DNA of 32,000 nt, taken from Candidatus Saccharimonadota bacterium. GTDB taxonomy: Archaea > Nanohalarchaeota > Nanosalinia > Nanosalinales > Nanosalinaceae. Below are positions 9,793-18,366 of the stretch, piece after piece (position 1 is the stretch's first letter; each line of letters begins with the position of its first letter). Where the stretch lies: NCBI RefSeq assembly GCF_047555085.1, contig NZ_CP180230.1:600001-632000 (forward strand), read 5' to 3'. A model generated the notes under the pieces. It was not told where the DNA came from. It searched no databases and saw only the letters and a list, made by a program, of their open reading frames with translations. The position numbers and the translations under genes are program-made.

Positions 9793-10464
9793 ATGCACAT
9801 AGGAGTAATACCGGACGGTAACAGGAGATATGCGAATTCACACGGCATAGGAAACTACAAGGCCTACAGAAAAGCCAGAGACACCGTGAAGCATGTGACG
9901 GATTCTCTGCAGGGGTTTTCCGATGATGTTGATTCTATAACTTTTTACCTGCTCTCAGAGGAGAACCTTAAACGGGAGGAAGAGGAGCTTGAGACGCTTT
10001 TCCAGCTTCTTGAGGAAAATATAGATGATATGGCAGATTTCTTCCAGGACAAGGATTTCAAAGTCAACTGGGGATCAACAAAGCCCGAGGCCCTGCCAGA
10101 AAGGCTTGCTGAGAAGCTTGAGTCAATTCAGGAGCAGTACAGCGAAGGAGAGACAACAGTCAATCTGCTGATCTCTTACTCCGGTAAAAAAGATATACTA
10201 CAGGCCTCTGAGAAGATTTCCAGAGACGGAGGAAGTTTCTCAGAGGATAACATGTCAAAGCATCTGGAAGTCCAGAAAGATATAGATTTCGTGATACGTA
10301 CCGGAGACAATCCGGACAGAGAATGTCTTTCAGGATTCCCGATCTGGAACTCCAGTTACGCAGAGTTCTACCACATCAGGAAAAACTTCCCTGCAATAGA
10401 GCCTGAAGACGTCGAAGAGGCCCTGAATCACTTCGAAAAACTTAGAAAGAAGAAGGGCGAATAA
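9793..10464 (+). CDS. uppS: cis-prenyltransferase (undecaprenyl/di-trans,poly-cis-prenyl diphosphate synthase)
   Basis: HIGVIPDGNRRYA at the N-terminus, and IRTGDNPDRECLSGFPIWNSSYAEF near the C-terminus. Confidence 0.88.
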   Translation: MHIGVIPDGNRRYANSHGIGNYKAYRKARDTVKHVTDSLQGFSDDVDSITFYLLSEENLKREEEELETLFQLLEENIDDMADFFQDKDFKVNWGSTKPEALPERLAEKLESIQEQYSEGETTVNLLISYSGKKDILQASEKISRDGGSFSEDNMSKHLEVQKDIDFVIRTGDNPDRECLSGFPIWNSSYAEFYHIRKNFPAIEPEDVEEALNHFEKLRKKKGE

Positions 10465-10471
10465 ATTCTCT

Positions 10472-10579
10472 ATGGTAGATAAAACGTGCTGGAACTGCAA
10501 CGCAGAAATGAATAAGCACGTTGCATGTGAACTGAAATGCCCTAACTGCGGTATGATAAGAGATTGCAGCGATCCATAA
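10472..10579 (+). CDS. 35-aa zinc-ribbon micro-protein
   Basis: Own translation gives MVDKTCWNCNAEMNKHVACELKCPNCGMIRDCSDP, with CxxC ... CPxCG. It lies 7 nt after the uppS stop. It is below the ORF-track length cut-off. Confidence 0.5.
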   Translation: MVDKTCWNCNAEMNKHVACELKCPNCGMIRDCSDP

Positions 10580-10881
10580 ACGTTAGAAGATTTTCAAGAT
10601 TCTCTGCTAACTCTACCTTCTCTGATACATTCGTTGCACAGGCCTAGAAATGTTTTGTTCGTGCAGCCTTTTCTTACGCAGTTGTTAAACAGTTTTAATC
10701 CCCTTCATTGTTGAGGCCTTGTATTCGTTGAGCCTGTTGTTTTAGGACATGCCAGGAAAGATTTACAAGGCTGAAAAAGTATGCTGCAAGAGTTAGAGAT
10801 CCATAATGAATATGTAGGATATCGGCCGTTCTTCCATCTAAATGTTCCACATTCAAAAATGTAGGTAGTTAAGTTGTCTCT

Positions 10882-11394
10882 ATGGATCAGAGTTTGCGGC
10901 AGGGCCTTACTGTAGCTATACTTGTAGTTGCTCTAGGCCTTATTGTGACTGCTCCAAGCCCCGAGAATGATATAAAGGCTGATGGACTTGAGAACAGCAG
11001 TCTTGTGAAGGCCGCATTCATAGACGATGATGAAAAAGTTGCGGAGCTAAAGCTTGAGACAGCTACAACTCCTGAAGAACGTGCCAGAGGCCTTATGGGG
11101 CGTGAAAGTCTTGACAACGACTCTGGAATGATTTTTATCTACGATGATGCTAGAGAGAGAAGCTTCTGGATGAAAAACACAAAAATTCCTCTCGATATGA
11201 TATTTCTAACTGCTGAGAGGACTGTGAGGACGATTAAAGAAGCTGATCCCGAGCCTAATGTTTCTGATGAAGATCTGAAATCCTATACAAGTGAAGGGCC
11301 TGCAAAGTATGTTATAGAGACCAATCAGAACTTTTCTGACGAAAAAGGCATAGAAGAGGAAATGAAAGTGTTGCTCGAGCCTCTGGACCAGTAA
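10882..11394 (+). CDS. DUF192 family protein with N-terminal membrane anchor/signal
   Basis: ARGLMGRESL...GMIFIY...FWMKNTKIPLDMIF matches the DUF192 pattern as I remember it. The N-terminus is hydrophobic. Confidence 0.75.
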   Translation: MDQSLRQGLTVAILVVALGLIVTAPSPENDIKADGLENSSLVKAAFIDDDEKVAELKLETATTPEERARGLMGRESLDNDSGMIFIYDDARERSFWMKNTKIPLDMIFLTAERTVRTIKEADPEPNVSDEDLKSYTSEGPAKYVIETNQNFSDEKGIEEEMKVLLEPLDQ

Positions 11395-11395
11395 T

Positions 11396-12013
11396 TCAGT
11401 CCTGGAAGTTGGTGTACTTTGAACTCGAGTCCGTATAAAGTATTCCTACGGCTCTGTGAGTAACCTGATCGACGTTTATCCTTGAAGAGTGCTCGTTGTT
11501 ATCTCCCCGCATAAGCAGGTAATCGCTTGTCTCGAGATAGTTGGCCTGGACTCTGTGGATGACGTAGCCATCACCTGTCTCGTAACGAAGTATCTCTCCT
11601 TCAGTTATCTCTCCTCCTTCGTAGGCCTGTAGAAGTACCGTGTTGCCGGAGAAAATTGTAGGCCTCATAGACTTTCCCTCGGGCTGTGCTACGGCATCAA
11701 CTTCCACCGAGGCCTCTCCATCGCCGACGCTGTAATCAACATCGGTGTAAGAGGCCTGAATGTAATTGTTGATGTTGGACTGTGATCCATCGCTTCTTAG
11801 ATTATCTGCCTGTCTGAGATCCTGCTGTGGTTCAGGACAGGTTATATTGTACGTCGGCGTCTGGACCATCTGTGTATCTTCCCCAAGATCTGAGAGTTCA
11901 TAGGTGCTGACGGCTCCCCCCAGGTAGCCTATAGCCAGCACTAGAATAACAAGAAGTACCTCCCCCAGATTTGAAAACCCCTTCCTCATATTGTTACTAC
12001 TTTGAAATAACAC
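11396..12013 (-). CDS. signal peptidase I, archaeal/eukaryal Sec11 type (S26B)
   Basis: N-terminal TM helix, then the boxes GKSMRPT (Ser), GEILRY, VIHRV (His) and RGDNN. Confidence 0.82.
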   Translation of the reverse strand: MLFQSSNNMRKGFSNLGEVLLVILVLAIGYLGGAVSTYELSDLGEDTQMVQTPTYNITCPEPQQDLRQADNLRSDGSQSNINNYIQASYTDVDYSVGDGEASVEVDAVAQPEGKSMRPTIFSGNTVLLQAYEGGEITEGEILRYETGDGYVIHRVQANYLETSDYLLMRGDNNEHSSRINVDQVTHRAVGILYTDSSSKYTNFQD

Positions 12014-12118
12014 TTAAGTACCTTTTGCTTTTGTTGTTACTTTCTCAAAACAACTAGTTCCTGTGACAAGTTATAATAACGAAAAACGAGAAAACGATGG
12101 ATGTAGAGGCCTCAAAAA

Positions 12119-12661
12119 ATGCCGGATGAAGAAGCTGATTCAGTGCGGGAGAAAATTGTTGATCGACAGAAGCAGGTCATGGAGCACAAGAGCATGGCAG
12201 GACTTCTGCTTGCCACAGCCGTTGTGCTTGCAACTTTCGGTACGGCGGCTATGCTGATGCCGGATAATCCTACAGGATCTTTCTCCGGTGACTTCAGAAT
12301 CCAGAACGTTCAGATAGAAGACGTGAATATCCGTGGCGTAGAGGCCTCTGAGACAGGCCTTACTTTCGTACAGGACTACGAAATCAGTAATCCTAATCTC
12401 CTACGGGCAGAGTTCAAGGCAGCTTCTTACCGTGTAAATGTAGAAGGCGAATCTGTTGATACAGGACACATAAATGGAGAAACAGTTATAGACACCGGAC
12501 AGAGCGAGATGATCGCCCTACTCCACGAAACAGCTTTAAGCGAGAGATACAGAGGCACCACACCAGTAACAGTTGAAGGAAAAATGGTGTTCCAGATAGG
12601 AGATACAGAGTTCGAAAGATACTACAGGAACAGCTTCGAGGCCGAGTTCCCTGTAAGATAG
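12119..12661 (+). CDS. membrane-anchored LEA_2/WHy-like protein
   Basis: TM helix (MAGLLLATAVVLATFGTAAMLM) followed by a beta-rich domain with ISNPN ... YRVNVEGESVDTG. An SD-like GAGG lies 9 nt upstream. Confidence 0.5.
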   Translation: MPDEEADSVREKIVDRQKQVMEHKSMAGLLLATAVVLATFGTAAMLMPDNPTGSFSGDFRIQNVQIEDVNIRGVEASETGLTFVQDYEISNPNLLRAEFKAASYRVNVEGESVDTGHINGETVIDTGQSEMIALLHETALSERYRGTTPVTVEGKMVFQIGDTEFERYYRNSFEAEFPVR

Positions 12662-12727
12662 TGCAACAGATGGACTTCAGTTAAACTATGCGCGAGTATT
12701 TTATTACTGCGCCAGAAAACTTTCTTC

Positions 12728-13864
12728 ATGAATATTTCCTGGACTGAAACAGAAGACGATCCTGTAGAAAACCGAGAAGTAGAGCTTGTGGAAAGAAAAG
12801 GCCTCGGTCATCCTGACAGTATCTGCGACGGCCTGGCTGAGAAAGTTTCCCGAGAGCTCTCCCGCGAATACAGGAAGAGATTCGGCCATATACTGCATCA
12901 CAACACTGATGAGGTCCAGTTAGTAGCCGGAGAATCAAATCCCGGTTTTGGAGAAGGGGAGATAGTAGAGCCTGTATTCATTCTGTTGACAGGTCGTGCC
13001 ACGAAGAGTTTTGACGGCGAGGAGATTCCTGTCGATAAAATTGCACTGGATGCTGCAAAAGAATATATCGATGAGAACTTCAAGGCCCTAGATTCTTCCC
13101 ACATCGAGTTCGAGTCCAGGATCGGTGAGACATCTACAGACCTGGCCTCTGTCTACGAACGGGAGGAAAGAATGTCGAACGATACCAGTTTCGGAGTAGG
13201 CCACGCACCGCTTTCACCTGCGGAGAAAACAGTCAGACAGGTTGAGGAAGAGGTTAGAGGCCTGGAAAGCTGCGGCGAAGATGTGAAGGTGATGGGCCTG
13301 CGTCAGGGAGAAGAGATCACTTTAACTGTAGCAGCCGCTGCGATATCCTCGCGAGTCAGCTCCATGGACGAATACAGAGAGCACCTTGAATCTGTAGAAA
13401 ATACCGCTGAGAAGATTGCTGAAGAGAACGGCTTGAGGCCTGAAGTGCATGTCAATACTGCTGACGAGATCGAGGAAGAAGAGGTCTATCTGACAGTCAC
13501 AGGTACTTCTGCCGAGATGGGGGATGATGGATCAGTGGGTAGAGGCAACAGAGTTAACGGCCTGATAACTCCCCATCGTTCGATGAGTATGGAGGCTGCC
13601 TCCGGGAAAAACCCTGTTACCCATGTCGGAAAGATTTACAACCTCCTCGCCCGAGAAATCGCGGAAGAGATTCACAGCGAAACAGGCCATTACGCCCAGG
13701 TAAAACTCCTGTCTCAGATCGGAGGCCCTATCAAGGATCCTCAACTGGTGGAAGTAGAAAGCTCTGCTGCTCAAGAAGATTTCGAGGAGATTGTAGAGAG
13801 GAAGCTGGAAGAGATCGATTCAGTGACCGAGAAATGTGTTGAAGGAGACATCAGTACTTTCTGA
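12728..13864 (+). CDS. mat: S-adenosylmethionine synthetase, archaeal type
   Basis: [14 protein letters not shown] near the N-terminus, a length of about 380 aa, and [22 protein letters not shown]-like TATTTTATTAC lies about 27 nt upstream. Confidence 0.9.
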   Translation: MNISWTETEDDPVENREVELVERKGLGHPDSICDGLAEKVSRELSREYRKRFGHILHHNTDEVQLVAGESNPGFGEGEIVEPVFILLTGRATKSFDGEEIPVDKIALDAAKEYIDENFKALDSSHIEFESRIGETSTDLASVYEREERMSNDTSFGVGHAPLSPAEKTVRQVEEEVRGLESCGEDVKVMGLRQGEEITLTVAAAAISSRVSSMDEYREHLESVENTAEKIAEENGLRPEVHVNTADEIEEEEVYLTVTGTSAEMGDDGSVGRGNRVNGLITPHRSMSMEAASGKNPVTHVGKIYNLLAREIAEEIHSETGHYAQVKLLSQIGGPIKDPQLVEVESSAAQEDFEEIVERKLEEIDSVTEKCVEGDISTF

Positions 13865-13940
13865 TAGCCTTTCAGCCGCTGAAAGAGCCATAAGACAGAT
13901 TTTTAACATTCGAAGACGATGACAACAGTGGTGATACTGG

Positions 13941-14357
13941 ATGTATGATGAAATACTTCTTCCAACAGACGGGAGTGAGGCCTCGAAAGCTGCTTTAAAT
14001 CATGCAAAGCAGATATCAGAGAAATTTGACTCCAATATACACATAATCTATGTAGTAGACATATCCACTATGCCAGGCGACCTCAGGGGACAGGCCCATC
14101 TGGAACAGATGAAAGAATTCGGAGAAGAAACAGTGAAGTCTCTGGAAAAAGAGATGAATACCACAGCAGAGACAAAAGTTACTGTAGGCCTTCCGCATCG
14201 AGAAATCAGAGAATACGTCGAAGAAAAAGATATCGATCTAGTGACTATGGGCAGTAACGGGCGCTCAGGCCTTGACAGGATTCTGATTGGAAGCGTGACA
14301 GAAAAAGTCCTGAGAACGTGTGATACACCGGTACTGGTCTCAAGAGAAACGAAATGA
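13941..14357 (+). CDS. universal stress protein (UspA family)
   Basis: ILLPTDGSE ... GSNGRSGLDRILIGSVTEKVLRTCDTPVLV. An SD-like GGTGAT lies 6 nt upstream. Confidence 0.88.
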   Translation: MYDEILLPTDGSEASKAALNHAKQISEKFDSNIHIIYVVDISTMPGDLRGQAHLEQMKEFGEETVKSLEKEMNTTAETKVTVGLPHREIREYVEEKDIDLVTMGSNGRSGLDRILIGSVTEKVLRTCDTPVLVSRETK

Positions 14358-14367
14358 AAAGTAGTAT

Positions 14368-14385
14368 AGGCCTTTTTTGAGGCCT
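14368..14385. terminator. AGGCCT-TTTTTG-AGGCCT hairpin with T-run between convergent genes
   Basis: Two copies of the self-complementary hexamer separated by TTTTTG, located between the uspA stop (14357) and the Nudix-like stop (14404). Confidence 0.4.
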
Positions 14386-14403
14386 GGAAGATGAGAGTTC
14401 TCT

Positions 14404-14802
14404 TTATTTCTCTACAAGTGTCTCTCCGTGTTCTTCGAAGAAGTTCTGGAATTTTTCTCCGAGTTCAAGTTCCTGTATTTCTTCTGCCGTGAACCAGTCG
14501 TAGTTCTCGTTTTCTACATCGACTTTTTCCGGCTCCGGATTCTCTTCTGTAGCAGATTCCTCATCTACAAGATACCAGTGAATCCTCTCGTTGCCTGAAC
14601 CTATCTCAGTCTTAGTAACTTTTTCAACAAACTCTATCTCAACACCTGTAACACTACGTGTCTCATTCCTGGCTGCTTCTCTAAGCGTTTCTCCTTTCTC
14701 AATCTGTCTGATTATAGGCCTCCACTCGCCCTCTTTCGAATCCTCATCATTCACGACAAGGAACTCTTCATCTCTTCTTATCAATAATGCAATTCTATCC
14801 AT
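14404..14802 (-). CDS. Nudix-fold protein with degenerate Nudix box
   Basis: EKGETLREAARNETRSVTGV aligns to GX5EX7REUXEEXGU, but the RE and EE positions are NE and SV. Confidence 0.55.
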   Translation of the reverse strand: MDRIALLIRRDEEFLVVNDEDSKEGEWRPIIRQIEKGETLREAARNETRSVTGVEIEFVEKVTKTEIGSGNERIHWYLVDEESATEENPEPEKVDVENENYDWFTAEEIQELELGEKFQNFFEEHGETLVEK

Positions 14803-14837
14803 ACAGAAGTATTAGAAGGATAGAAATTTCAACCCCC

Positions 14838-15053
14838 ATGCCGGAAACAATGGAAAAATTTTACCTGAAAGGCCTCTGAAAAACTACGAAAAATAGATTC
14901 GAAAAAATTGAGGAAAAATTCGAGATACTGGATACAGGCCTCGTTCCTGTCTCGGAGATTTCTCCGGAGATCGGCGAAAAAATCGATCAGCATCTGGAAA
15001 GAATCGACAGAGGCCTGAGGATCAAAATCGTGAATCAATCAGTTGATCTATAA
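14838..15053 (+). pseudogene. 71-codon acidic ORF interrupted by one in-frame TGA (codon 14)
   Basis: Own translation gives MPETMEKFYLKGL-TGA-KTTKNRFEKIEEKFEILDTGLVPVSEISPEIGEKIDQHLERIDRGLRIKIVNQSVDL-TAA. Its composition matches the local proteome, whereas the track ORF on the opposite strand (14829..15038) is Phe-rich like an antisense shadow. Confidence 0.4.
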
Positions 15054-15081
15054 AAGAATTTCAAGTCAAGTTTTTGCCAAA

Positions 15082-15156
15082 GGGCCCGTAGCTCAGCTTG
15101 GACAGAGCGAGCGGCTTCGGACCGCTAGGTCTAGGGTTCAAATCCCTACGGGCTCG
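15082..15156 (+). tRNA. tRNA-Arg (anticodon TCG)
   Basis: Manual cloverleaf: acceptor GGGCCCG/CGGGCTC, D arm GCTC..GAGC, anticodon stem AGCGG/CCGCT with loop CTTCGGA, and T arm TAGGG-TTCAAAT-CCCTA. No intron, and CCA is not encoded. Confidence 0.9.
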
Positions 15157-15183
15157 AACTCATCTACAGAGTTCGATCATGTT

Positions 15184-15202
15184 AAGCCATGCAACATGGC
15201 TT
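15184..15202. terminator. 8-bp hairpin AAGCCATG-caa-CATGGCTT between the tRNA and the pyk 3' end
   Basis: Perfect inverted repeat read directly from the sequence. A second 6-bp hairpin, GAACTC-N7-GAGTTC, is at 15156-15174. Confidence 0.3.
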
Positions 15203-15264
15203 TCAGTCAAATTTTCTACTAGAACCCGATAGAAATAAGGAAAAATGGAGATGATAAGGCCTTT

Positions 15265-16674
15265 TTACTTGTCCATGATGCTTTCTACTGTCCTGATCTG
15301 CATCATGTTGGTGGTGCCTGTAACGGACGTCGGGATTCCTGCGGAAAGAACAAGTTCGTCTTCACCGGAGGCCAAGTTCAGACTTTTCATTCGGCGTGCG
15401 GAGGCCTCTAGCATCCCTTCAACATCATCCGGGAATTCCTCGTAGTAGGCATTTACTCCCCATGCAAGCTGCAGCTGTCTTTCAACTCTTTCCGAATCCG
15501 TGAATGCGATGATCGGGTTCTCAGGCCTGTACTTGGAGATGTTGCGTGCTGTGCTTCCTGAAGATGTGTGGGCCACGATGTACTCTGCCTCTGAGTCTCT
15601 CGCTGCCTGCCAGACGTTCTTGCAGATGATCTCTCTTGTCGTCTCCGGTGGCTGCTTGACAGTATGATGTGTATTACCTTCCATAGAGGCCTCTGCCTCT
15701 TCTACCACGTTCGACATGAATTTTACAGTTTTGACAGGGTAGTCTCCGATTGCTGTCTCGCCGGAAAGCATTACTGCATCCGTACCATCCAGTACTGCGT
15801 TCGCTACGTCGGATATCTCGGCTCTTGTGGCCGTAGGATTTTCTGTCATCGACTCCAGCATCTGTGTCGCTGTTATAACAGGTTTACCGGCCTCGTTGCA
15901 TTTCTCTATCATCTCTTTCTGCATCATCGGAAGCTCAGCCGGCGGAAGCTCTACACCTAGATCTCCACGAGCCACCATGATAGCATCAGAGGCCTCCAGG
16001 ATCTCGTCAAAGTTCTCCACGGCCTTCTTGTGTTCGATTTTCGAGATAATATGCATATCGGAATCATGCTCATCCAGGATCTCTCTGACTTCCTCTACAT
16101 CCGAGGCCTCTTTCACAAAGCTGAGGGATACAAAGTCGTAGCCTTTCTCTGCTGCGAACTCGATATCTTCAACATCTTTCTCTGTCGGTGCTGAAAGGCC
16201 TATATCTTTCCCCGGTACGTTGACTGCTTTTCTACTGGATACTTCGCCGCCGTAGACTACTGTACACTCTGCAGTGTCATCCACTTTCTCTACTTCAAGC
16301 TCGATCTTTCCGTCGTCAATCCTGACTTCGTCGCCGGCCTCAATATGATTGATGAAATCACTGTAGTTGACTGAAAGAACTTCTTCATCACCAGTGATTT
16401 CTTCATCCGTTGTCAGTTCCACGCTGTGGCCTGTCTCAAGTACTGTATCTTCCTTTACTTCTCCGAGTCTGATCTCCGGGCCTTTTGTATCGATCATTAC
16501 TGCGGTTTTCTCTGATACGTCGCGGATTCTGTCGTATATTTTTCCGTGCTGTTTGTGGTCGACGTGTGAGAAGTTCTGCCGTACTACGTCAACTCCTGAA
16601 TCAATTATTTCTGAAAGTTTCTGTTTCGAGTCTGTTGCCGGGCCTATGGTGGATATTATCTTGGTGTTTTTCAT
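15265..16674 (-). CDS. pyk: pyruvate kinase
   Basis: MKNTKIISTIGPA, MIDTKGPEIR, MVARGDLGVE and ATQMLESM are present. Confidence 0.93.
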   Translation of the reverse strand: MKNTKIISTIGPATDSKQKLSEIIDSGVDVVRQNFSHVDHKQHGKIYDRIRDVSEKTAVMIDTKGPEIRLGEVKEDTVLETGHSVELTTDEEITGDEEVLSVNYSDFINHIEAGDEVRIDDGKIELEVEKVDDTAECTVVYGGEVSSRKAVNVPGKDIGLSAPTEKDVEDIEFAAEKGYDFVSLSFVKEASDVEEVREILDEHDSDMHIISKIEHKKAVENFDEILEASDAIMVARGDLGVELPPAELPMMQKEMIEKCNEAGKPVITATQMLESMTENPTATRAEISDVANAVLDGTDAVMLSGETAIGDYPVKTVKFMSNVVEEAEASMEGNTHHTVKQPPETTREIICKNVWQAARDSEAEYIVAHTSSGSTARNISKYRPENPIIAFTDSERVERQLQLAWGVNAYYEEFPDDVEGMLEASARRMKSLNLASGEDELVLSAGIPTSVTGTTNMMQIRTVESIMDK

Positions 16675-16793
16675 CTTGTTTTTCTCCTCTATATCTCAGG
16701 TAGGATTTTTGTAACTCAACGTTTTTGAGTGAACAGGCCTCTGGCTGCGGTGTTTGATTTATAAAGATAAGACGGGAATTCTTGGGTGTATAC

Positions 16794-18101
16794 ATGGACT
16801 GGATCAAGGATCTGAGGAAGTTGCTGGTCCGTGTTCAACGCCGGGTGACTGATATGACTGAAAAGGATATTTCTGAAAAAGTGGAAGACAAGGAGGAATC
16901 AGAGGAAAAAGCAGATGAAAAAATGGAGAAAGATGACTCCAAAGAAGGCAAGGACAAGGATGGCAAGAAGCAGAAGGTTCAGTTCCCTCAGTACTTCCAG
17001 CAGCAGAACTCCAAGAACAGGAATCCAAACGGAACAAATCTGACAACTCCTGTTCTACGAGGAGTAGTCGTATCAGAGTTCGACGGCGAAAGAATCTGGG
17101 TGGAAGCCAGCGGAAACATGAAAGGCCGCTACGGAGTCGAAGTCCCAAGCGGATACGAGCCAACCGATTTCCAGCCAGGAACAGAAGTAGCACTTGATCC
17201 AAACAGTTTCAAAGTAACAGATATTGTAGACAAAGGAAAAGACGCAGAGTTCGACGCAGTAGAGACAGATGTAACATTCCAAGACATCGGAGGCCTTGAT
17301 CACGTCATCAAAAGCCTTTCATCCAACGTCGGCGCACAGTTAAACAGTGATAAGAAGGAGAAAATAAAGGAATGGGGCATGGACATGGACAAATCCACGC
17401 TACTGATTGGAAGGCCTGGAACAGGAAAGACACACCTTGTAAAGGCCCTGAGCAATGAGTACGACGCAGAAATGTTCATGATCAACGGCCCGCAGCTTGT
17501 CGAAAAATTCATTGGAGAAGGAGCGAAAAAAGTCAAGCGACTCTACGAACAGGCCCGTGCCACAGAAAAGCCTTCAATCATCTTCATCGACGAAATCGAT
17601 GCAATCGCAAAGAAGAGGCTGGACGACAGACGCCACGGAGGCGAAGAAGTCGAAAGAACAATGTCTCAACTTCTCTCCGAGCTTGACGGCCTTGATACAG
17701 AGGAAGATGGAAACGTTATCTCGATTTTTGCATCCAACACGCCGGATATCATGGATCCAGCTCTACTGAACAGATGCAGCGCGATCGAAGTACCTATCCC
17801 TAACGACGAAGCCAAAGAAGAAATCCTCAAGGTACACACAAGAAAGATCGATCTCAGCGAAGACCTGGATCTCGAAGAACTTGTCAAAGAGATGGACGAA
17901 GACTTCACAGGAAGAGACATCAAACAGATCGTCCGACAGGCCTCAATCACAGCACTCGATAGATACGACGACTACTCAGAGGCCGAGGCAGAGATGCAGG
18001 ACTTCAGAGAAGCCATCAAGGATCTCAAGGAAGGAAACGTGGGAGTTGAGAAAGACTTCCTGGGTGAACGCGATGTCCATCCGGACGAGATGTTCGCCTA
18101 A
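16794..18101 (+). CDS. pan: proteasome-activating nucleotidase-like AAA+ ATPase (divergent)
   Basis: OB-like segment (GERIWVEASGNMKGRYGVEVP...PGTEVALD), Walker A GRPGTGKT, pore loop KFIGEG, Walker B IIFIDEIDA and sensor-1 ASN. ATG 16794 is preferred because TTTATAAAG lies about 30 nt upstream. Confidence 0.85.
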   Translation: MDWIKDLRKLLVRVQRRVTDMTEKDISEKVEDKEESEEKADEKMEKDDSKEGKDKDGKKQKVQFPQYFQQQNSKNRNPNGTNLTTPVLRGVVVSEFDGERIWVEASGNMKGRYGVEVPSGYEPTDFQPGTEVALDPNSFKVTDIVDKGKDAEFDAVETDVTFQDIGGLDHVIKSLSSNVGAQLNSDKKEKIKEWGMDMDKSTLLIGRPGTGKTHLVKALSNEYDAEMFMINGPQLVEKFIGEGAKKVKRLYEQARATEKPSIIFIDEIDAIAKKRLDDRRHGGEEVERTMSQLLSELDGLDTEEDGNVISIFASNTPDIMDPALLNRCSAIEVPIPNDEAKEEILKVHTRKIDLSEDLDLEELVKEMDEDFTGRDIKQIVRQASITALDRYDDYSEAEAEMQDFREAIKDLKEGNVGVEKDFLGERDVHPDEMFA

Positions 18102-18140
18102 ACATATCAACTTCTCTTTAATTTTCAGAGATGATCCCAG

Positions 18141-18356
18141 ATGAGCGAAAACGTACAGAAAGAGTTCAGACTTGAAAGAGAAGACGCCGCAGAGCTTCTG
18201 AGAGATATAGCAGAGGCCCTGGAGGAAGAGGAACAACTGAACATTGATATGGGTGATTCAAAGCTTGTGCAGCCTCTTGGAGGCCTCGTACCGCTTAGAG
18301 TGTACCAGGATGATTCCGGTACTGAGATCGGATTCCAGCTTCGCGGCGAAGGATAA
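18141..18356 (+). CDS. small acidic protein, amphi-Trp-domain-like
   Basis: 71 aa. The pattern FRLEREDAAELLRDIAEALEEEE...LNIDMGD...VPLRVYQD...EIGFQLR resembles archaeal amphi-Trp domain proteins from memory. Confidence 0.45.
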   Translation: MSENVQKEFRLEREDAAELLRDIAEALEEEEQLNIDMGDSKLVQPLGGLVPLRVYQDDSGTEIGFQLRGEG

Positions 18357-18366
18357 AAAAATATTT

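Noticed and set aside
10580-10729. A 50-codon open frame continuing in phase after the TAA of the 35-aa zinc-ribbon ORF, as a possible readthrough extension.
   Set aside because: The translation (TLEDFQDSLLTLPSLIHSLHRPRNVLFVQPF...) is not acidic and has no motif. It is most simply chance openness in AT-rich spacer.
12063-12257. GTG-initiated 64-aa ORF overlapping the start of the LEA_2-like gene.
   Set aside because: It is basic and Cys-rich and is out of frame with the better-supported ORF. That ORF starts at ATG 12119, behind a GAGG box.
14877-14879. Selenocysteine or genome-wide TGA reassignment as an explanation for the in-frame TGA.
   Set aside because: TGA is clearly used as a normal stop by several well-supported genes here (ends at 4335, 8636, 13864, 26991 and 30091). 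I saw no SECIS-like element or Sec machinery.
14829-15038. 69-aa minus-strand ORF from the track.
   Set aside because: Its Phe-rich sequence (FFLNFFESIFRSF) is what antisense translation of a GAA/AAA-rich gene yields. The + strand frame looks genuinely protein-like, although it is interrupted by a TGA.
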